Source: an uncultured Gemmatimonadaceae bacterium
GTDB taxonomy: Bacteria; Gemmatimonadota; Gemmatimonadetes; Gemmatimonadales; Gemmatimonadaceae
DNA: 64,000 nucleotides
Assembly: GCA_963790305.1 (NCBI GenBank)
Contig: CAWBOC010000006.1
Span: 288,001 to 352,000 of the forward strand
Reading direction: 5' to 3'
Below, in pieces: positions 40,376 through 50,233 of the stretch. The stretch's first letter is position 1, and each line of letters begins with the position of its first letter. The position numbers and the translations under genes were made by a program. The notes beneath the pieces are model-generated. The model ran no database searches. It saw only the letters and a program-made list of their open reading frames with translations, and was not told the origin of the DNA.

Positions 40376-41863
40376 TCAGGCGAAGTAGTCGCTGACGCGG
40401 ATGCCATAGCGGTCGGGATCGGCAAGCTTGATGATCGTACGGAGGAAGCGGCCCGTCGCGTCCTGCTGGTGCAGGTCGACGAGCGTGCCAGGATGCAGCA
40501 GGTTTCCGCGCTCGTCGCTGATCACGCGAACGATGGGGCGCGAGATCGCCTCTGGCACGGGATTCACCGCGTGCACGACCGCGAGCTCGAACGTGTCGAG
40601 CACGACGAGCGTGCCCACCGGGTAGTGCCCCACGAGGCTGACGAACGCTTTCACGATCACCGGGTCCATTCCGCGACGCGGATTGTTCCGCATCTCGGCC
40701 AGCACGGCCACCGGTGTGAGCGGCTCCGTCTGATACACGCGACGCGACGTCGCCGCGTCGAACCCGTCCGCCACCGCGACGATCTTGCTGTAGATCGACA
40801 TTTGCCGCTCGCGCAGGTGCTTCGGGTACCCGGTGAGGTCGGTCTTCATGTGATGCTCGTGTGCCACGACCATCGCCCGATATGGAAGCTCCGCCTGTCC
40901 GCGCATCTGAAAGAGTGCGAGGACCCCGAGCCAGGGGTGGGCGGACATCATGCGCCACTCCTCGTCGTTCAGTCCATCCGGCTTGTTGAGAATCTCGAGG
41001 GGTACGCGCGACTTGCCGATGTCGTGCAGAAGGGCCGCCACGCCGAGATCGTAGAGCTGAAGCTTGGTCAAACCGATTTTTCGCCCCAGCGCCACCGAGA
41101 AGATGCAGACGTTCACACTGTGCGTGAACGTGTACTCGTCGTAGTCCCGCAGCGTCGTCAGGCCCAGCAGCGAGGTTTCCTCGTTCAGGATCTGGTCGAC
41201 GATGGACTGCACCGCACGCTTGATCTTCTTGATGTTGGGGCTGCGACCCATCCGCACCGAGTTGATGACTTCCTTCGTCACATTCACCGACTGTGCGTAC
41301 GTACGCTTTGCCGCCTCTTTCGCCTTCTCGCGGAACTCGTCGTCGTCCGTGTCCGTGGGACCGGACAGGGCGAACGAGCGGATCCCCGCCGCCTCGAGCT
41401 TGCCCGTCACGTGCGCGAACCGAGCAGGGACGTCGACGGTGGTGGCGCTCGGGAGAATCGTCAGCAGCGATGTCCACTCTCGGGGACCAGCGCCTTCTTC
41501 GACGCGGCAAACTCCGACGCCGGCATCGCGAAACATCATGAGAATGCGGCTGAAGCTCGCGTAGTTATCGAGATCCAGACGAAGTCGCGTCGCATTAATG
41601 AAGATGAACTCGCCGGAGACGCGCAGCTCGAGCTCTCGCTCTTGCTTGAGGAGATCGGCCGCCATGGCGGTGAGCTCCTGCAGCGCGTTCTGAACGGCGG
41701 CGTTCTCCAGAGGGTAGAGCTTGAGCGCACGCGACGCGCTGTACAGGGAGATGATGAAGTCGCGTCCCCGCCGGCGAATGTAGGAATCACCGCCGCGCTC
41801 ATAGTCGGCAGATCCCTGCGCGGTGGGGACGTGCGACGGCGTCCGTCGCATCACACGGCTCAT
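40376..41863 (-). CDS. HD-GYP domain phosphohydrolase (cyclic dinucleotide phosphodiesterase family)
   Basis: [58 protein letters not shown]. Confidence 0.88.
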   Translation of the reverse strand: MSRVMRRTPSHVPTAQGSADYERGGDSYIRRRGRDFIISLYSASRALKLYPLENAAVQNALQELTAMAADLLKQERELELRVSGEFIFINATRLRLDLDNYASFSRILMMFRDAGVGVCRVEEGAGPREWTSLLTILPSATTVDVPARFAHVTGKLEAAGIRSFALSGPTDTDDDEFREKAKEAAKRTYAQSVNVTKEVINSVRMGRSPNIKKIKRAVQSIVDQILNEETSLLGLTTLRDYDEYTFTHSVNVCIFSVALGRKIGLTKLQLYDLGVAALLHDIGKSRVPLEILNKPDGLNDEEWRMMSAHPWLGVLALFQMRGQAELPYRAMVVAHEHHMKTDLTGYPKHLRERQMSIYSKIVAVADGFDAATSRRVYQTEPLTPVAVLAEMRNNPRRGMDPVIVKAFVSLVGHYPVGTLVVLDTFELAVVHAVNPVPEAISRPIVRVISDERGNLLHPGTLVDLHQQDATGRFLRTIIKLADPDRYGIRVSDYFA

Positions 41864-43554
41864 GCCGCACCTCCACGCACCGCGCGATTCACCGCATTGC
41901 GCACGAGCACATCCTTGTCTCCCTGAGCGCGCTGCAGCGCGTCGGTCGCCTCCCGTGTGCCGATCTTACCGAGCGCCATGGCGGCGCAGGCACGAAGCTC
42001 GGAGTCTTCGCGCTTCCCGAGGAAGCCCTTCCCGTTGAGCAGGCCGTCGAGGAACGCGATGCCAGCCGCAGCCGCGAGTGACCCGTAGGCCTCGAAGAAC
42101 GCCATCTTCTCGGTCAGGTCCGCCTCGCGCAGCGAGCGCCCTTTCACCGCGGACTCCACTTTCGCCAGCGCGCCGCGCTGCCCGCGACCGCCGAGAACGC
42201 GGACGGCGGCGACGCGGACATCGCGTTCGCTGTCGTCCACCGCCCGTTCGAGTTGTTGGAGGGCGCCGGCCGAATTGATTTCCGCGAGTGCCTGGACCGC
42301 CGTCAGACGGAGCTTTGGCGCTTCGTGCCCGAGAAGCTTCCCGAGTGGTGCGACGGCGGCGGCAGTCTTGAGCCCGCCCGCGCGACGCGCCGACTCCAGT
42401 GAGATCTCGACGTCGGATGACCCGATGAGCTTGACGAGCTCGGCGGTGTTGGCAGCGGCCAGCCGCGCCGCCGCGATCTCGATCGCCGCTTTCACTTCGG
42501 CATGCTGCAGTCGGCCCAGCCACGTAAAGAGTGTGCCGAGGGACGTGGGCCGAAGCTGCTCGAAGAGCTCGTTGAGCTCCGTCTGGTTAGGCACCGTGGC
42601 CGACTCGTCCATCGCCTGGAGCAGGTTGGAGAGCGGCCCTGCCGCGCTGAGACGATCGGGAAGTCCGACGAGCTTCGTCTTGTGTGCCGCATCGAGCTCG
42701 CGCGCGCGCGCCGACAGCTCCTGCGATTCACGCAGCACGTAGGCGACCGTCGAGAAATGACCCGCGGAGAGGAGATGCATCAGGAAATTCTCGAGAATGT
42801 CCGAGATCTCGTCGCGAACGGGCTTCCCCGGCTGCAGCTCGAATATGTCGAGCAGGATCGCCAGGACGTTTCGCCGAACGTCGCTCCCGTATTCCTTCTG
42901 CACTTCCGTCCGGAGGTAGTCGATCTCGTTCTCATCCAGGAAGTGCACGGTGGAGTCGAGATCCTCGAGGCGCACGATGCCAGGTCTGGCCTCCGGCTCG
43001 GCCTCCATCTGCTGCGGCGGCGGCAACGGCTCGGGTCGCTCGGCCGGCACGCTCGGTTCGATCGGGTTCTTGTTCTCGAGGGTGAGATCGATGAACCGAT
43101 AGCGCAGGAGCGTGAAGTCCTTCTCCCAGATCAGGGTGAGAAGGTCGTCCTCTTCAGGCGATGCCTTCTTCACGCGCTTGAGGATGTCGAGCAGCCCGAC
43201 GACCTCCGTCTCCTCGAATCCCTTCATGAGGCGCAGCTCGCGGATCCCGTCCTTGAAGAAGATCCAGGGCAAGCTTTCCGACTTGTTCGCCTCGTGCATG
43301 ACGACGCGCCCTTCCCAGCGGAAATCCGCTTCCGTAATGGTGAGCGCTATCTCCTCGACGTGCGACCACACCGGCAGGAACGCGCGCTTGAGATTCTCGA
43401 GCGCGCGCTGATACACCGGGTTGTTGGGCAGGTACAGCTGGTGCGCGCGAATCCCTTTGACGAGGACCTTGAGCATCTCCTCGACGAGTGCCGGCGAAAA
43501 CGGAGGCTCGGCGAGCTCGTGGGTGGCGGGGACCGGCTGCGACTGCGTGCTCAC
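41860..43554 (-). CDS. HEAT-repeat protein
   Basis: C-terminal HEAT/PBS-like repeats ([44 protein letters not shown]). GTG overlaps the trpB stop. Confidence 0.82.
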   Translation of the reverse strand: MSTQSQPVPATHELAEPPFSPALVEEMLKVLVKGIRAHQLYLPNNPVYQRALENLKRAFLPVWSHVEEIALTITEADFRWEGRVVMHEANKSESLPWIFFKDGIRELRLMKGFEETEVVGLLDILKRVKKASPEEDDLLTLIWEKDFTLLRYRFIDLTLENKNPIEPSVPAERPEPLPPPQQMEAEPEARPGIVRLEDLDSTVHFLDENEIDYLRTEVQKEYGSDVRRNVLAILLDIFELQPGKPVRDEISDILENFLMHLLSAGHFSTVAYVLRESQELSARARELDAAHKTKLVGLPDRLSAAGPLSNLLQAMDESATVPNQTELNELFEQLRPTSLGTLFTWLGRLQHAEVKAAIEIAAARLAAANTAELVKLIGSSDVEISLESARRAGGLKTAAAVAPLGKLLGHEAPKLRLTAVQALAEINSAGALQQLERAVDDSERDVRVAAVRVLGGRGQRGALAKVESAVKGRSLREADLTEKMAFFEAYGSLAAAAGIAFLDGLLNGKGFLGKREDSELRACAAMALGKIGTREATDALQRAQGDKDVLVRNAVNRAVRGGAA

Positions 43555-44741
43555 ACGTCCGCTCCGGTAGCAGCGCTCACGTGCGCTACATCCTTGTCCC
43601 CGCGGCCGCTCACGCAGAGCAGCACCTGGGCATCCGGCTTCCAGCTTCCGCGCTGACCGTCGATCCAGGCGACGGCGTGCGCCGTCTCCAGTGCCGGGAT
43701 GATCCCCTCGAGCCGGGCAAGCAGCTCGAAGCCGGCAACGGCATCGCGGTCGGAAACGGCGACGTACCGCGCACGACCCGTGTCCTTGAGGTATGCGTGC
43801 TCGGGGCCGACGCCCGGATAGTCGAGGCCGGCGGAGATCGAGTGCGCGGGGTGCACCTGGCCGTGGGCGTCCTGCAGGAGGTAGCTCAGCGAGCCATGAA
43901 GAACGCCCGGCCGGCCGCGCGAGAGCGACGCTGCATGGTGCTCGGTGTCGAGTCCTTCGCCGGCGGCTTCCACCCCCACGAGCTCGACATCGGCGTCTGA
44001 GACGAACGCGTGGAAGATCCCCATGGCGTTGGATCCACCGCCGACGCACGCGACGACCGTCGACGGAAGCCGCCCGGTCTCACTCAGCATCTGCTCGCGC
44101 GCCTCGTGCCCGATCACGGCCTGGAAATCCCGGACGAGCCGGGGGTAGGGCGCTGGCCCCACCACCGAACCGATGATGTAGTGACTGTCGTTGACGGAGG
44201 CGACCCAATCGCGAATGGCTTCACTCGTAGCATCCTTCAGCGTTCGCGTCCCGGAGGTGACGGGAATCACCTGCGCTCCCATGAGACGCATGCGGTAGAC
44301 GTTTAGCGCCTGCCGCCGCATGTCTTCCTCGCCCATGTACACCACGCACTGCATCCCGAATCGCGCGCACACGGTCGCCGTTGCTACCCCGTGCTGCCCC
44401 GCGCCGGTCTCTGCGATGATCCGGCGCTTTCCCATTCGCCGCGCCAACAACGCCTGTCCGAGAACGTTGTTGATCTTGTGCGCGCCAGTGTGATTCAGGT
44501 CTTCCCGCTTGAGCCAGACTGCGGCGCCGACCCGCTCTGAGAAGCGAGGGGCGCTGCTCAACGGAGAAGGACGACCCACATACTTATTAAGCAAACTCTC
44601 CAATTCGGCCCGGAACGCGGGGTCCCGGCGAGCCGATTCGTAGGCTTGCTCGAGCTCATCGAGCGCGGGGATGAGCGTCTCCGGCACGTAGCGTCCGCCG
44701 AACGCGCCGAAGCGGTCACGCGCTCCCGCGCCCGCCGTCAC
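43551..44741 (-). CDS. trpB: Tryptophan synthase beta chain
   Basis: [63 protein letters not shown]. Confidence 0.97.
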   Translation of the reverse strand: MTAGAGARDRFGAFGGRYVPETLIPALDELEQAYESARRDPAFRAELESLLNKYVGRPSPLSSAPRFSERVGAAVWLKREDLNHTGAHKINNVLGQALLARRMGKRRIIAETGAGQHGVATATVCARFGMQCVVYMGEEDMRRQALNVYRMRLMGAQVIPVTSGTRTLKDATSEAIRDWVASVNDSHYIIGSVVGPAPYPRLVRDFQAVIGHEAREQMLSETGRLPSTVVACVGGGSNAMGIFHAFVSDADVELVGVEAAGEGLDTEHHAASLSRGRPGVLHGSLSYLLQDAHGQVHPAHSISAGLDYPGVGPEHAYLKDTGRARYVAVSDRDAVAGFELLARLEGIIPALETAHAVAWIDGQRGSWKPDAQVLLCVSGRGDKDVAHVSAATGADV

Positions 44742-45379
44742 GGGACGTTTCTCACGGCTGCCGCGAAGGCTCGCATGAGCCCGTGGTCTTTTATGCCCGG
44801 ACCCGTCTCCACACCCGACGAGACATCCACGACGTCGGGTCGAACGGCGGCGATGGCGCGCGAGACGACTTCCGGTGTGAGGCCACCCGCGAGAACGATG
44901 CGAGCCCGCTCGCGTCGATGTGAATCGAGCAGATTTGTGAGCAAGCCCCAGTCGAACGCGCGGCCGGTGCCCCCGAGCACACCGTCGGATCGCGTGTCGA
45001 ACAGTATTGCGTCGGCACTTGACATGAGAGCGTCCAAGTCAGCCTCGGTAACATCGTTAGCGATCCGCATCGCAGCCCACGTCTCAAGTCCGCTGGCGGC
45101 CTTCACCGCCGACACATCCCCCGGTGTTGGATCGCCGTGAAGCTGCACGACGTCGAGCGCCGCCCTCTCGGCAATCCGCGCGATGTCGGCCACCGCTTGA
45201 TTGCCGAAGACACCGACACGCCGAGCGCTGCGTACTCGTTCGAAGAGCGATCGAGCCTCGTCGGCGGTGACCTGACGCGGACCGCCGGCGAACACGGCGC
45301 CCACGAACGCGGCCCCCAGGTCGACGGCGACCTCGACGTCGGCACTGCGCGTGAGACCGCAGAACTTGATGGCGGTCAT
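44738..45379 (-). CDS. trpF: Phosphoribosylanthranilate isomerase
   Basis: [38 protein letters not shown]...KD. Confidence 0.93.
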   Translation of the reverse strand: MTAIKFCGLTRSADVEVAVDLGAAFVGAVFAGGPRQVTADEARSLFERVRSARRVGVFGNQAVADIARIAERAALDVVQLHGDPTPGDVSAVKAASGLETWAAMRIANDVTEADLDALMSSADAILFDTRSDGVLGGTGRAFDWGLLTNLLDSHRRERARIVLAGGLTPEVVSRAIAAVRPDVVDVSSGVETGPGIKDHGLMRAFAAAVRNVP

Positions 45380-46194
45380 CGACCTCGGCGCTCGACGCCG
45401 GTGAGAGCGCGCACCGCCGATGCTGCATCCCCGGCAGAGGAGAGAGAAGAGCCGATGAGAACCGCATCAGCGCCCGCCCGCGCTGCGCGCTCGACGTCGG
45501 CGATCGTCTGCATGCCGCTCTCCGCGATCGCAATGGCGTCCGCGGGCACGCGCGGGAGCAGCCGGTCGATGGCGCGCGCATCCACCTCGAGCGTCTCGAG
45601 GTCGCGGGAGTTGACGCCGATTGCACGGCCCCGTGCGTGGAGCGCTGCTTCGAGCTCTTGCTCCGTGCGCACCTCGATCAGCGGCTCCACGTCCCACTCC
45701 CGCGCCGTTTGCGCCAACGCGACGAGCTCCGCCTCCGGGAGTGCACGCGCGATCAAGAGGACGGCGGAGGCGCCCCACGCGCGCGCTTCGATGATCTGCG
45801 TCTCATCGATGATGAAGTCCTTGCGCAGCAGCGGAACCGTGACGGCGGCAGACGCGTCCACGAGGTCCTGTTCGCTCCCCGCGAAGTGCATCGGCTCGGT
45901 GAGTATCGAGATCGCGGCTGCTCCACCCCGCTGGTATTGACGCGCGCGTGAGGCGGGGTCGAGCTCCACGTTGATCTCACCTCGGGATGGTGACCGGCGT
46001 TTCACTTCCGCGATCACCGCTACCCTCTCCGCGCGCAACGCCGTGACGAAATCGGGGCGCCGATCGGCCGTTCGAGCCCGCATTTCGAGGTCCGAGCGAT
46101 GAGCGCGTGCCGTCGCGACCCGTCTGCTCGTCTCGTGTATGATCCGACCGAGCACACCAGTCGGCGGGGTCCATTTGGCAGGAAATGCTTGCAC
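45376..46194 (-). CDS. trpC: Indole-3-glycerol phosphate synthase
   Basis: IAEVKRRSPSRG, ISILTEPMHF, LRKDFI, IGVNSRDL, IAESG, DAVLIGSSL. Confidence 0.94.
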   Translation of the reverse strand: MQAFPAKWTPPTGVLGRIIHETSRRVATARAHRSDLEMRARTADRRPDFVTALRAERVAVIAEVKRRSPSRGEINVELDPASRARQYQRGGAAAISILTEPMHFAGSEQDLVDASAAVTVPLLRKDFIIDETQIIEARAWGASAVLLIARALPEAELVALAQTAREWDVEPLIEVRTEQELEAALHARGRAIGVNSRDLETLEVDARAIDRLLPRVPADAIAIAESGMQTIADVERAARAGADAVLIGSSLSSAGDAASAVRALTGVERRGR

Positions 46195-46217
46195 TTCGGC
46201 GACTGTTCGGCTAATGT
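46189..46217 (+). promoter_or_regulatory. lexA promoter
   Basis: TTGCAC (46189-46194)-N17-TAATGT (46212-46217). Confidence 0.6.
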
Positions 46218-46236
46218 CTATTCGGGCTCTTTTCGG
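46195..46236. promoter_or_regulatory. Candidate LexA operators: two TTCGG-N6-TTCGG direct-repeat boxes
   Basis: TTCGG at 46195 and 46206 (inside the -35/-10 spacer) and at 46221 and 46232 (over the predicted start site). 11-bp period in both pairs. Confidence 0.6.
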
Positions 46237-46282
46237 TCAGTCTGGCCGGACGCCCGCTACTCTCGTGAACCAGGGGCACGCC

Positions 46283-46891
46283 ATGCCGCTTACCAAGCGT
46301 CAGCGCGAGATTCTCGACTTTCTCACCAGCTACTCGGAGCAGAACGGCTACGCGCCGAGCTTCGAGGAGATCGCGCGGCAATTCAACTATAACTCGCTGG
46401 CGACGGTGCATGAGCACCTCACCAACCTCGAGCGCAAGGGATACATCAAGCGCGCGTACAACGAGAGTCGCGCGATCGAGATCCTCCCCTCCGAGGTGAA
46501 TCCGCGTGCGGTAGAGCTTCCCCTCCTGGGAAGCGTCGCCGCCGGTATGCCGATCGAGGCGGTCGCGACCAACGAGAGCATCTCGGTTCCCGAGGATTTC
46601 GTGCGACGCAGCGAGAATCATTACTGTCTTCGCGTGCGCGGAAACTCGATGATCGACGAGCAAATCCGCGACGGCGACTTCGTCGTCGTGGCGAGCCGCA
46701 ATCGCGCCGACAACGGCGAGATGGTGATCGCGCTGGTGAACAACGCTGCGGCCACTGTGAAGAAGTTCTATCGCGAGCGGGACGGCCGCATCCGCCTCCA
46801 GCCGGCCAACGAGACGATGTCACCGATTTACGTGCACGAGAACGAGGTGACGATTCAGGGGATCGTTGTCGGAGTCATGCGCAAGTACTAG
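46283..46891 (+). CDS. lexA: SOS repressor LexA
   Basis: LTKRQREILDF, GYAPSFEEIA, LLGSVAAG (A-G cleavage site), VRGNSM (catalytic Ser), ATVKKF (catalytic Lys). Confidence 0.96.
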   Translation: MPLTKRQREILDFLTSYSEQNGYAPSFEEIARQFNYNSLATVHEHLTNLERKGYIKRAYNESRAIEILPSEVNPRAVELPLLGSVAAGMPIEAVATNESISVPEDFVRRSENHYCLRVRGNSMIDEQIRDGDFVVVASRNRADNGEMVIALVNNAAATVKKFYRERDGRIRLQPANETMSPIYVHENEVTIQGIVVGVMRKY

Positions 46892-46895
46892 AAGT

Positions 46896-46957
46896 GCTGG
46901 AGTCAGGAATCAGGAGTCAGGGGCGAGGAATTCGATTCCTCGCCCCTGCTCCTTTAT
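46896..46957. terminator. Terminator hairpin between convergent lexA and trpD, preceded by TCAGGAG heptamers
   Basis: 14-bp stem caggggcgaggaat/attcctcgcccctg (46918-46948) with a ctcctttat tail. tcaggaa tcaggag tcagggg at 46903-46923. Confidence 0.72.
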
Positions 46958-46982
46958 AGCAGCCGACGGCTCCACAAGAGCC

Positions 46983-48017
46983 TCATTTTTTCGCGCTCGC
47001 CGCGCGTAGTCGCTCGAGCGCCCGGATCCCTGCTCCGCTAGTGAGCGAGTCCTCGGCTTGATCGACCGAACGGGCGAAATCGTCATGATCGCCGCTCACA
47101 TGAATCGCCGCGGCCGCGTTGAGCACGACCGCCGCGCGCGCTCCACCGGCGATTCCTCCAGCAAGAATGCCCTCGATGATGCTCGCATTGAGTCGCGGCT
47201 CGGCACCGGCGAGCTCGCGTGCGTCACGCGCGGTGAGCCCGAGCGGCGCAGGATCGATCGTCCACTCTCGGACCTGGCCGGTGCGCACTTCGAGCACGCG
47301 CGTTGGACCGAGTGGAGATACCTCGTCCATCCCCGGCTCGCCGTGCACGACCATCGATCGGCGACTTCCCAGTTCCGCCAACGCCCCCGCCAGAAGCGGA
47401 AGGCGATGCGCATCGGCGACGCCCACGACTTGACGTCCCGCTCCGGCGGGATTCGCGAGCGGACCGAGCACGTTCATTACGGTGTGTATCGCCAGCTCCC
47501 GGCGCACCGGTCCGACGTGCCGCATGGCCGGATGCATTAAGGGTGCAAACATGAAGACGATTCCCGCCTCACGGAGTGTGGCGATCATTTCGTCGACCGT
47601 GCAATCGATACGGACGCCGAGGGCCTCCAGGACGTCGGCGCTTCCACACTGCGAGGTGAACGACCGGTTGCCGTGCTTCGCGATGCGGACGCCGGCGCCG
47701 GCCGCCACCAGAGCCGCCGCGGTCGAAATGTTGAACGTCGTCACCGTGCCCCCGCCGGTTCCGCAGGTGTCGACCAGCGTCTCGGGCGCATCGGCCGGAA
47801 GCCGCACCATCGCGTCGCGCAGCGCCCGCGCCCCGCCCGCGACCTCGTGCATCGTTTCCCCTTTCACCCGCAGAGCCACGAGGATCGCGGCCACCTGGGC
47901 AGGGCTCGCCTCCCCGCGCATGATCGCGCCGAACGCGTCCGCCGTATCCTCGGCGCTCAACGACTGGCCCCCGGCGAGCTGGCGAATCGCTCGCGCGAGC
48001 GGCTCAATGGGTGCCAA
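46983..48017 (-). CDS. trpD: Anthranilate phosphoribosyltransferase
   Basis: LRVKGET, DTCGTGGG, FNISTAAA, AKHGNRS, GSADVLEALG, NVLGPLANP, GMDEVS. Confidence 0.95.
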   Translation of the reverse strand: MAPIEPLARAIRQLAGGQSLSAEDTADAFGAIMRGEASPAQVAAILVALRVKGETMHEVAGGARALRDAMVRLPADAPETLVDTCGTGGGTVTTFNISTAAALVAAGAGVRIAKHGNRSFTSQCGSADVLEALGVRIDCTVDEMIATLREAGIVFMFAPLMHPAMRHVGPVRRELAIHTVMNVLGPLANPAGAGRQVVGVADAHRLPLLAGALAELGSRRSMVVHGEPGMDEVSPLGPTRVLEVRTGQVREWTIDPAPLGLTARDARELAGAEPRLNASIIEGILAGGIAGGARAAVVLNAAAAIHVSGDHDDFARSVDQAEDSLTSGAGIRALERLRAASAKK

Positions 48018-49320
48018 TGGTCTCCAGCAGACGCTCGGGGAGCGCTGCGTTGGTGGCGACGAGCGCGATCACCAGTGCCAGCAGCCGCACGCGCTCGACG
48101 TCCTCTTCGAGAAAGAGCCCTTGCCGCGCCCGATTCGTGAGGTTGACCACACCCACGAGCTCCTCCCGGTAGACAAGGGGAAAGCTGATGAACGATCCCG
48201 TCGTGAAATACTGATCGCGCAGGAGCGGATGCTTCGTCGCGTCGCTCACGTCCTGCACGAGAATCGGCTCGCGCGACGCGGCCACGCGCCCTGCCACCCC
48301 TTGCCCGATCGGAATACGGCGCCCGTCGAGGATACCGGGTTGTAGCCCGCGTGAGGCAGCGAGGAAGAGGTGATCTCCATCCGGAGCCCGGAGCATGAGC
48401 GACACGCGCTGCGCCTGCATGTCGTCACCGACGAGCGAAAGCAGCTCGTCGACGAGCTGCCGGGCATCGGTCGTGCTCGCGTCGAGTCCGAGCACGCGCT
48501 CGATGAGATAGAGGGTGCGGGTCTTTTCGCGGACCGCTTCCGCACGGCGGTGAAGCTCGATGTGCGCCTGCTCGAGCTGCCCCACCGCGGCACCCACCTG
48601 TTGCTCGACGGCCTGCGCTCGCCTCGTTGCCCGGCGCGCTTCCTCCTTCGCGCGCGCCGCATCCGCCTCCAGCGCGACCAGGCGCTCAGCGGCAATCCCG
48701 CCCTCGCCACGTGCCGCGGCGCCACGCACCTGCGCGAGCTCCTGGTCGAGCTCGGAGAGGCGCTTGACGTATTCGCCGTGAACGCGCTGCGTAACGTCCT
48801 CCAGCGTGCGCACCGCTTCCTGGCGCGCTTCGCGTTCGGAGAATCGCGCGAATGCGAGCTCGAAGAGCGCGACGTAAGGGCCAAAGCGCTCGACCACGCG
48901 GGTGCCGAAGATCCTGCGCGGCTCGTAGAGCGCGATCACCGCCTCGAGATGGCCGTCGAGCGGGATGCCGCGCAGGGAAAGAAGCCCATCATCGCTCGTC
49001 GGTCGCATCCCGAGGAGACGCGCTATCTCCTCGGAGCGCTCACCGAGGTCGACGAACTGTCCCCCTCCACTCACGATGACGCGAACCTTCGCCGGAATGT
49101 GGTCCAGCTTGGTGTCGGCGCGCGCGCGCTCGACCGCGCCACCGTCGTTCATCGTGACGCGCTCGCGAAGCATCTCACGCCGCGCATCATAGCGATACAG
49201 CGCCAGGGACGTGGACCGGTCCACCTCCGCGAGCGCTTCCGCCAGCGCCACGAACGCGGTGTCGAGGTCCGCGGAGGCGCCGAGGGCATGCGCAAGCGAG
49301 GCTAGCGTGCGGGGCGGCAT
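48004..49320 (-). CDS. GAF-domain protein with central coiled coil and no recognisable output domain
   Basis: C-terminal GAF (VSLML..., IGQGVAGRVAASREPILVQDV, SFISFPLVYREELVGVVNLTN) preceded by a long helical segment. Confidence 0.8.
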   Translation of the reverse strand: MPPRTLASLAHALGASADLDTAFVALAEALAEVDRSTSLALYRYDARREMLRERVTMNDGGAVERARADTKLDHIPAKVRVIVSGGGQFVDLGERSEEIARLLGMRPTSDDGLLSLRGIPLDGHLEAVIALYEPRRIFGTRVVERFGPYVALFELAFARFSEREARQEAVRTLEDVTQRVHGEYVKRLSELDQELAQVRGAAARGEGGIAAERLVALEADAARAKEEARRATRRAQAVEQQVGAAVGQLEQAHIELHRRAEAVREKTRTLYLIERVLGLDASTTDARQLVDELLSLVGDDMQAQRVSLMLRAPDGDHLFLAASRGLQPGILDGRRIPIGQGVAGRVAASREPILVQDVSDATKHPLLRDQYFTTGSFISFPLVYREELVGVVNLTNRARQGLFLEEDVERVRLLALVIALVATNAALPERLLETIGTH

Positions 49321-49364
49321 TTTCGGGGCGGGAAGCGGCGCGTGGACGGCTGCGCGGGAGTGCC

Positions 49365-49447
49365 AATGTACCGGCGTACGTAGAGGACTGTCAATCGGTT
49401 GGACGATTGTCCATTTGGTTGCGGCACATGGTCGCGCGGCGTAACTT
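49365..49447. promoter_or_regulatory. Divergent promoters for the GAF-trpD unit and for truA
   Basis: Minus strand: TTGACA (49394-49389)-N18-TACATT (49370-49365). Plus strand: TTGCGG (49419-49424)-N17-TAACTT (49442-49447), 6 nt before the truA GTG. Confidence 0.55.
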
Positions 49448-49453
49448 TCGCTC

Positions 49454-50233
49454 GTGACGCGTGAGCGCACCGTGCAGCTCGTGCTGCATTATGACGGCGC
49501 CGAATTCGCCGGCTGGCAGCGGCAACCGGCACAGCGCACGGTGCAGGGCGTGCTCGAGGACGCGCTGGCGCAGTTGTGCGGATCGCCAGTGGCGGCGCTG
49601 GGAGCGGGGCGCACGGATGCTGGCGTGCATGCGCGAGGGCAAGCGGTCGGCGTCCGCGTACCGGCCAAGTGGGAGCGAGCGCCACTGCGGCGCGCGCTGA
49701 ACGGAGTTCTCCCACGCGACGTGTGGGTGGCAGCGGCGCACGACATGCGATCGGAGTTTCATGCTCGCTACGATGCGACGGCGCGGCGATACAGCTATTA
49801 CGTGGGCACCGACGAGCTCGCGTACTCCCCCTTTCGCCGGCGGTGGGAATGGCCCGTGCACCAGTCCCTCGATCGCACACGACTCAATGAGGCGGCGACC
49901 GCGATTCATGGTGAGCATCGGTTTCTCGCGTTCGCGGTGCGGGGTACCGCGCCGGCGACCGATGAGCATCGCTGCACGATCCATCATGCCGCGTGGCGCG
50001 ACCGACCAGGCGGCCTCGTATTCGAGATCGAGGCGAATCGCTTTCTGCACCACATGGTCCGCTTCCTCGTGGGCACCATGATCGAGGTCGCCGCCGGCCA
50101 GCGGCCGGCAGACTCCATGTCGGTGTTGCTCGCCGCGACGGACAACCGGGAGACGTCGGCCCCCGCGCCCGCGAACGCGCTCTTTCTGGACGCCGTGCAC
50201 TACCCTCGTGACCTCTACCTGACGGCCGAATGA
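49454..50233 (+). CDS. truA: tRNA pseudouridine(38-40) synthase
   Basis: YDGAEFAGWQRQ, GAGRTDAGVHARGQ, FHARYDA, ANRFLHHMVR. Confidence 0.95.
   Translation: MTRERTVQLVLHYDGAEFAGWQRQPAQRTVQGVLEDALAQLCGSPVAALGAGRTDAGVHARGQAVGVRVPAKWERAPLRRALNGVLPRDVWVAAAHDMRSEFHARYDATARRYSYYVGTDELAYSPFRRRWEWPVHQSLDRTRLNEAATAIHGEHRFLAFAVRGTAPATDEHRCTIHHAAWRDRPGGLVFEIEANRFLHHMVRFLVGTMIEVAAGQRPADSMSVLLAATDNRETSAPAPANALFLDAVHYPRDLYLTAE

Noticed and set aside
37525..40425. Apparent 966-aa TrpA-chemoreceptor fusion in the ORF track
   Set aside because: An extra base at ~39751 diverts TrpA into the MCP frame. The true TrpA C-terminus ([11 protein letters not shown]...DQLP*) is present in another frame, and its stop overlaps a separate GTG start for the MCP.
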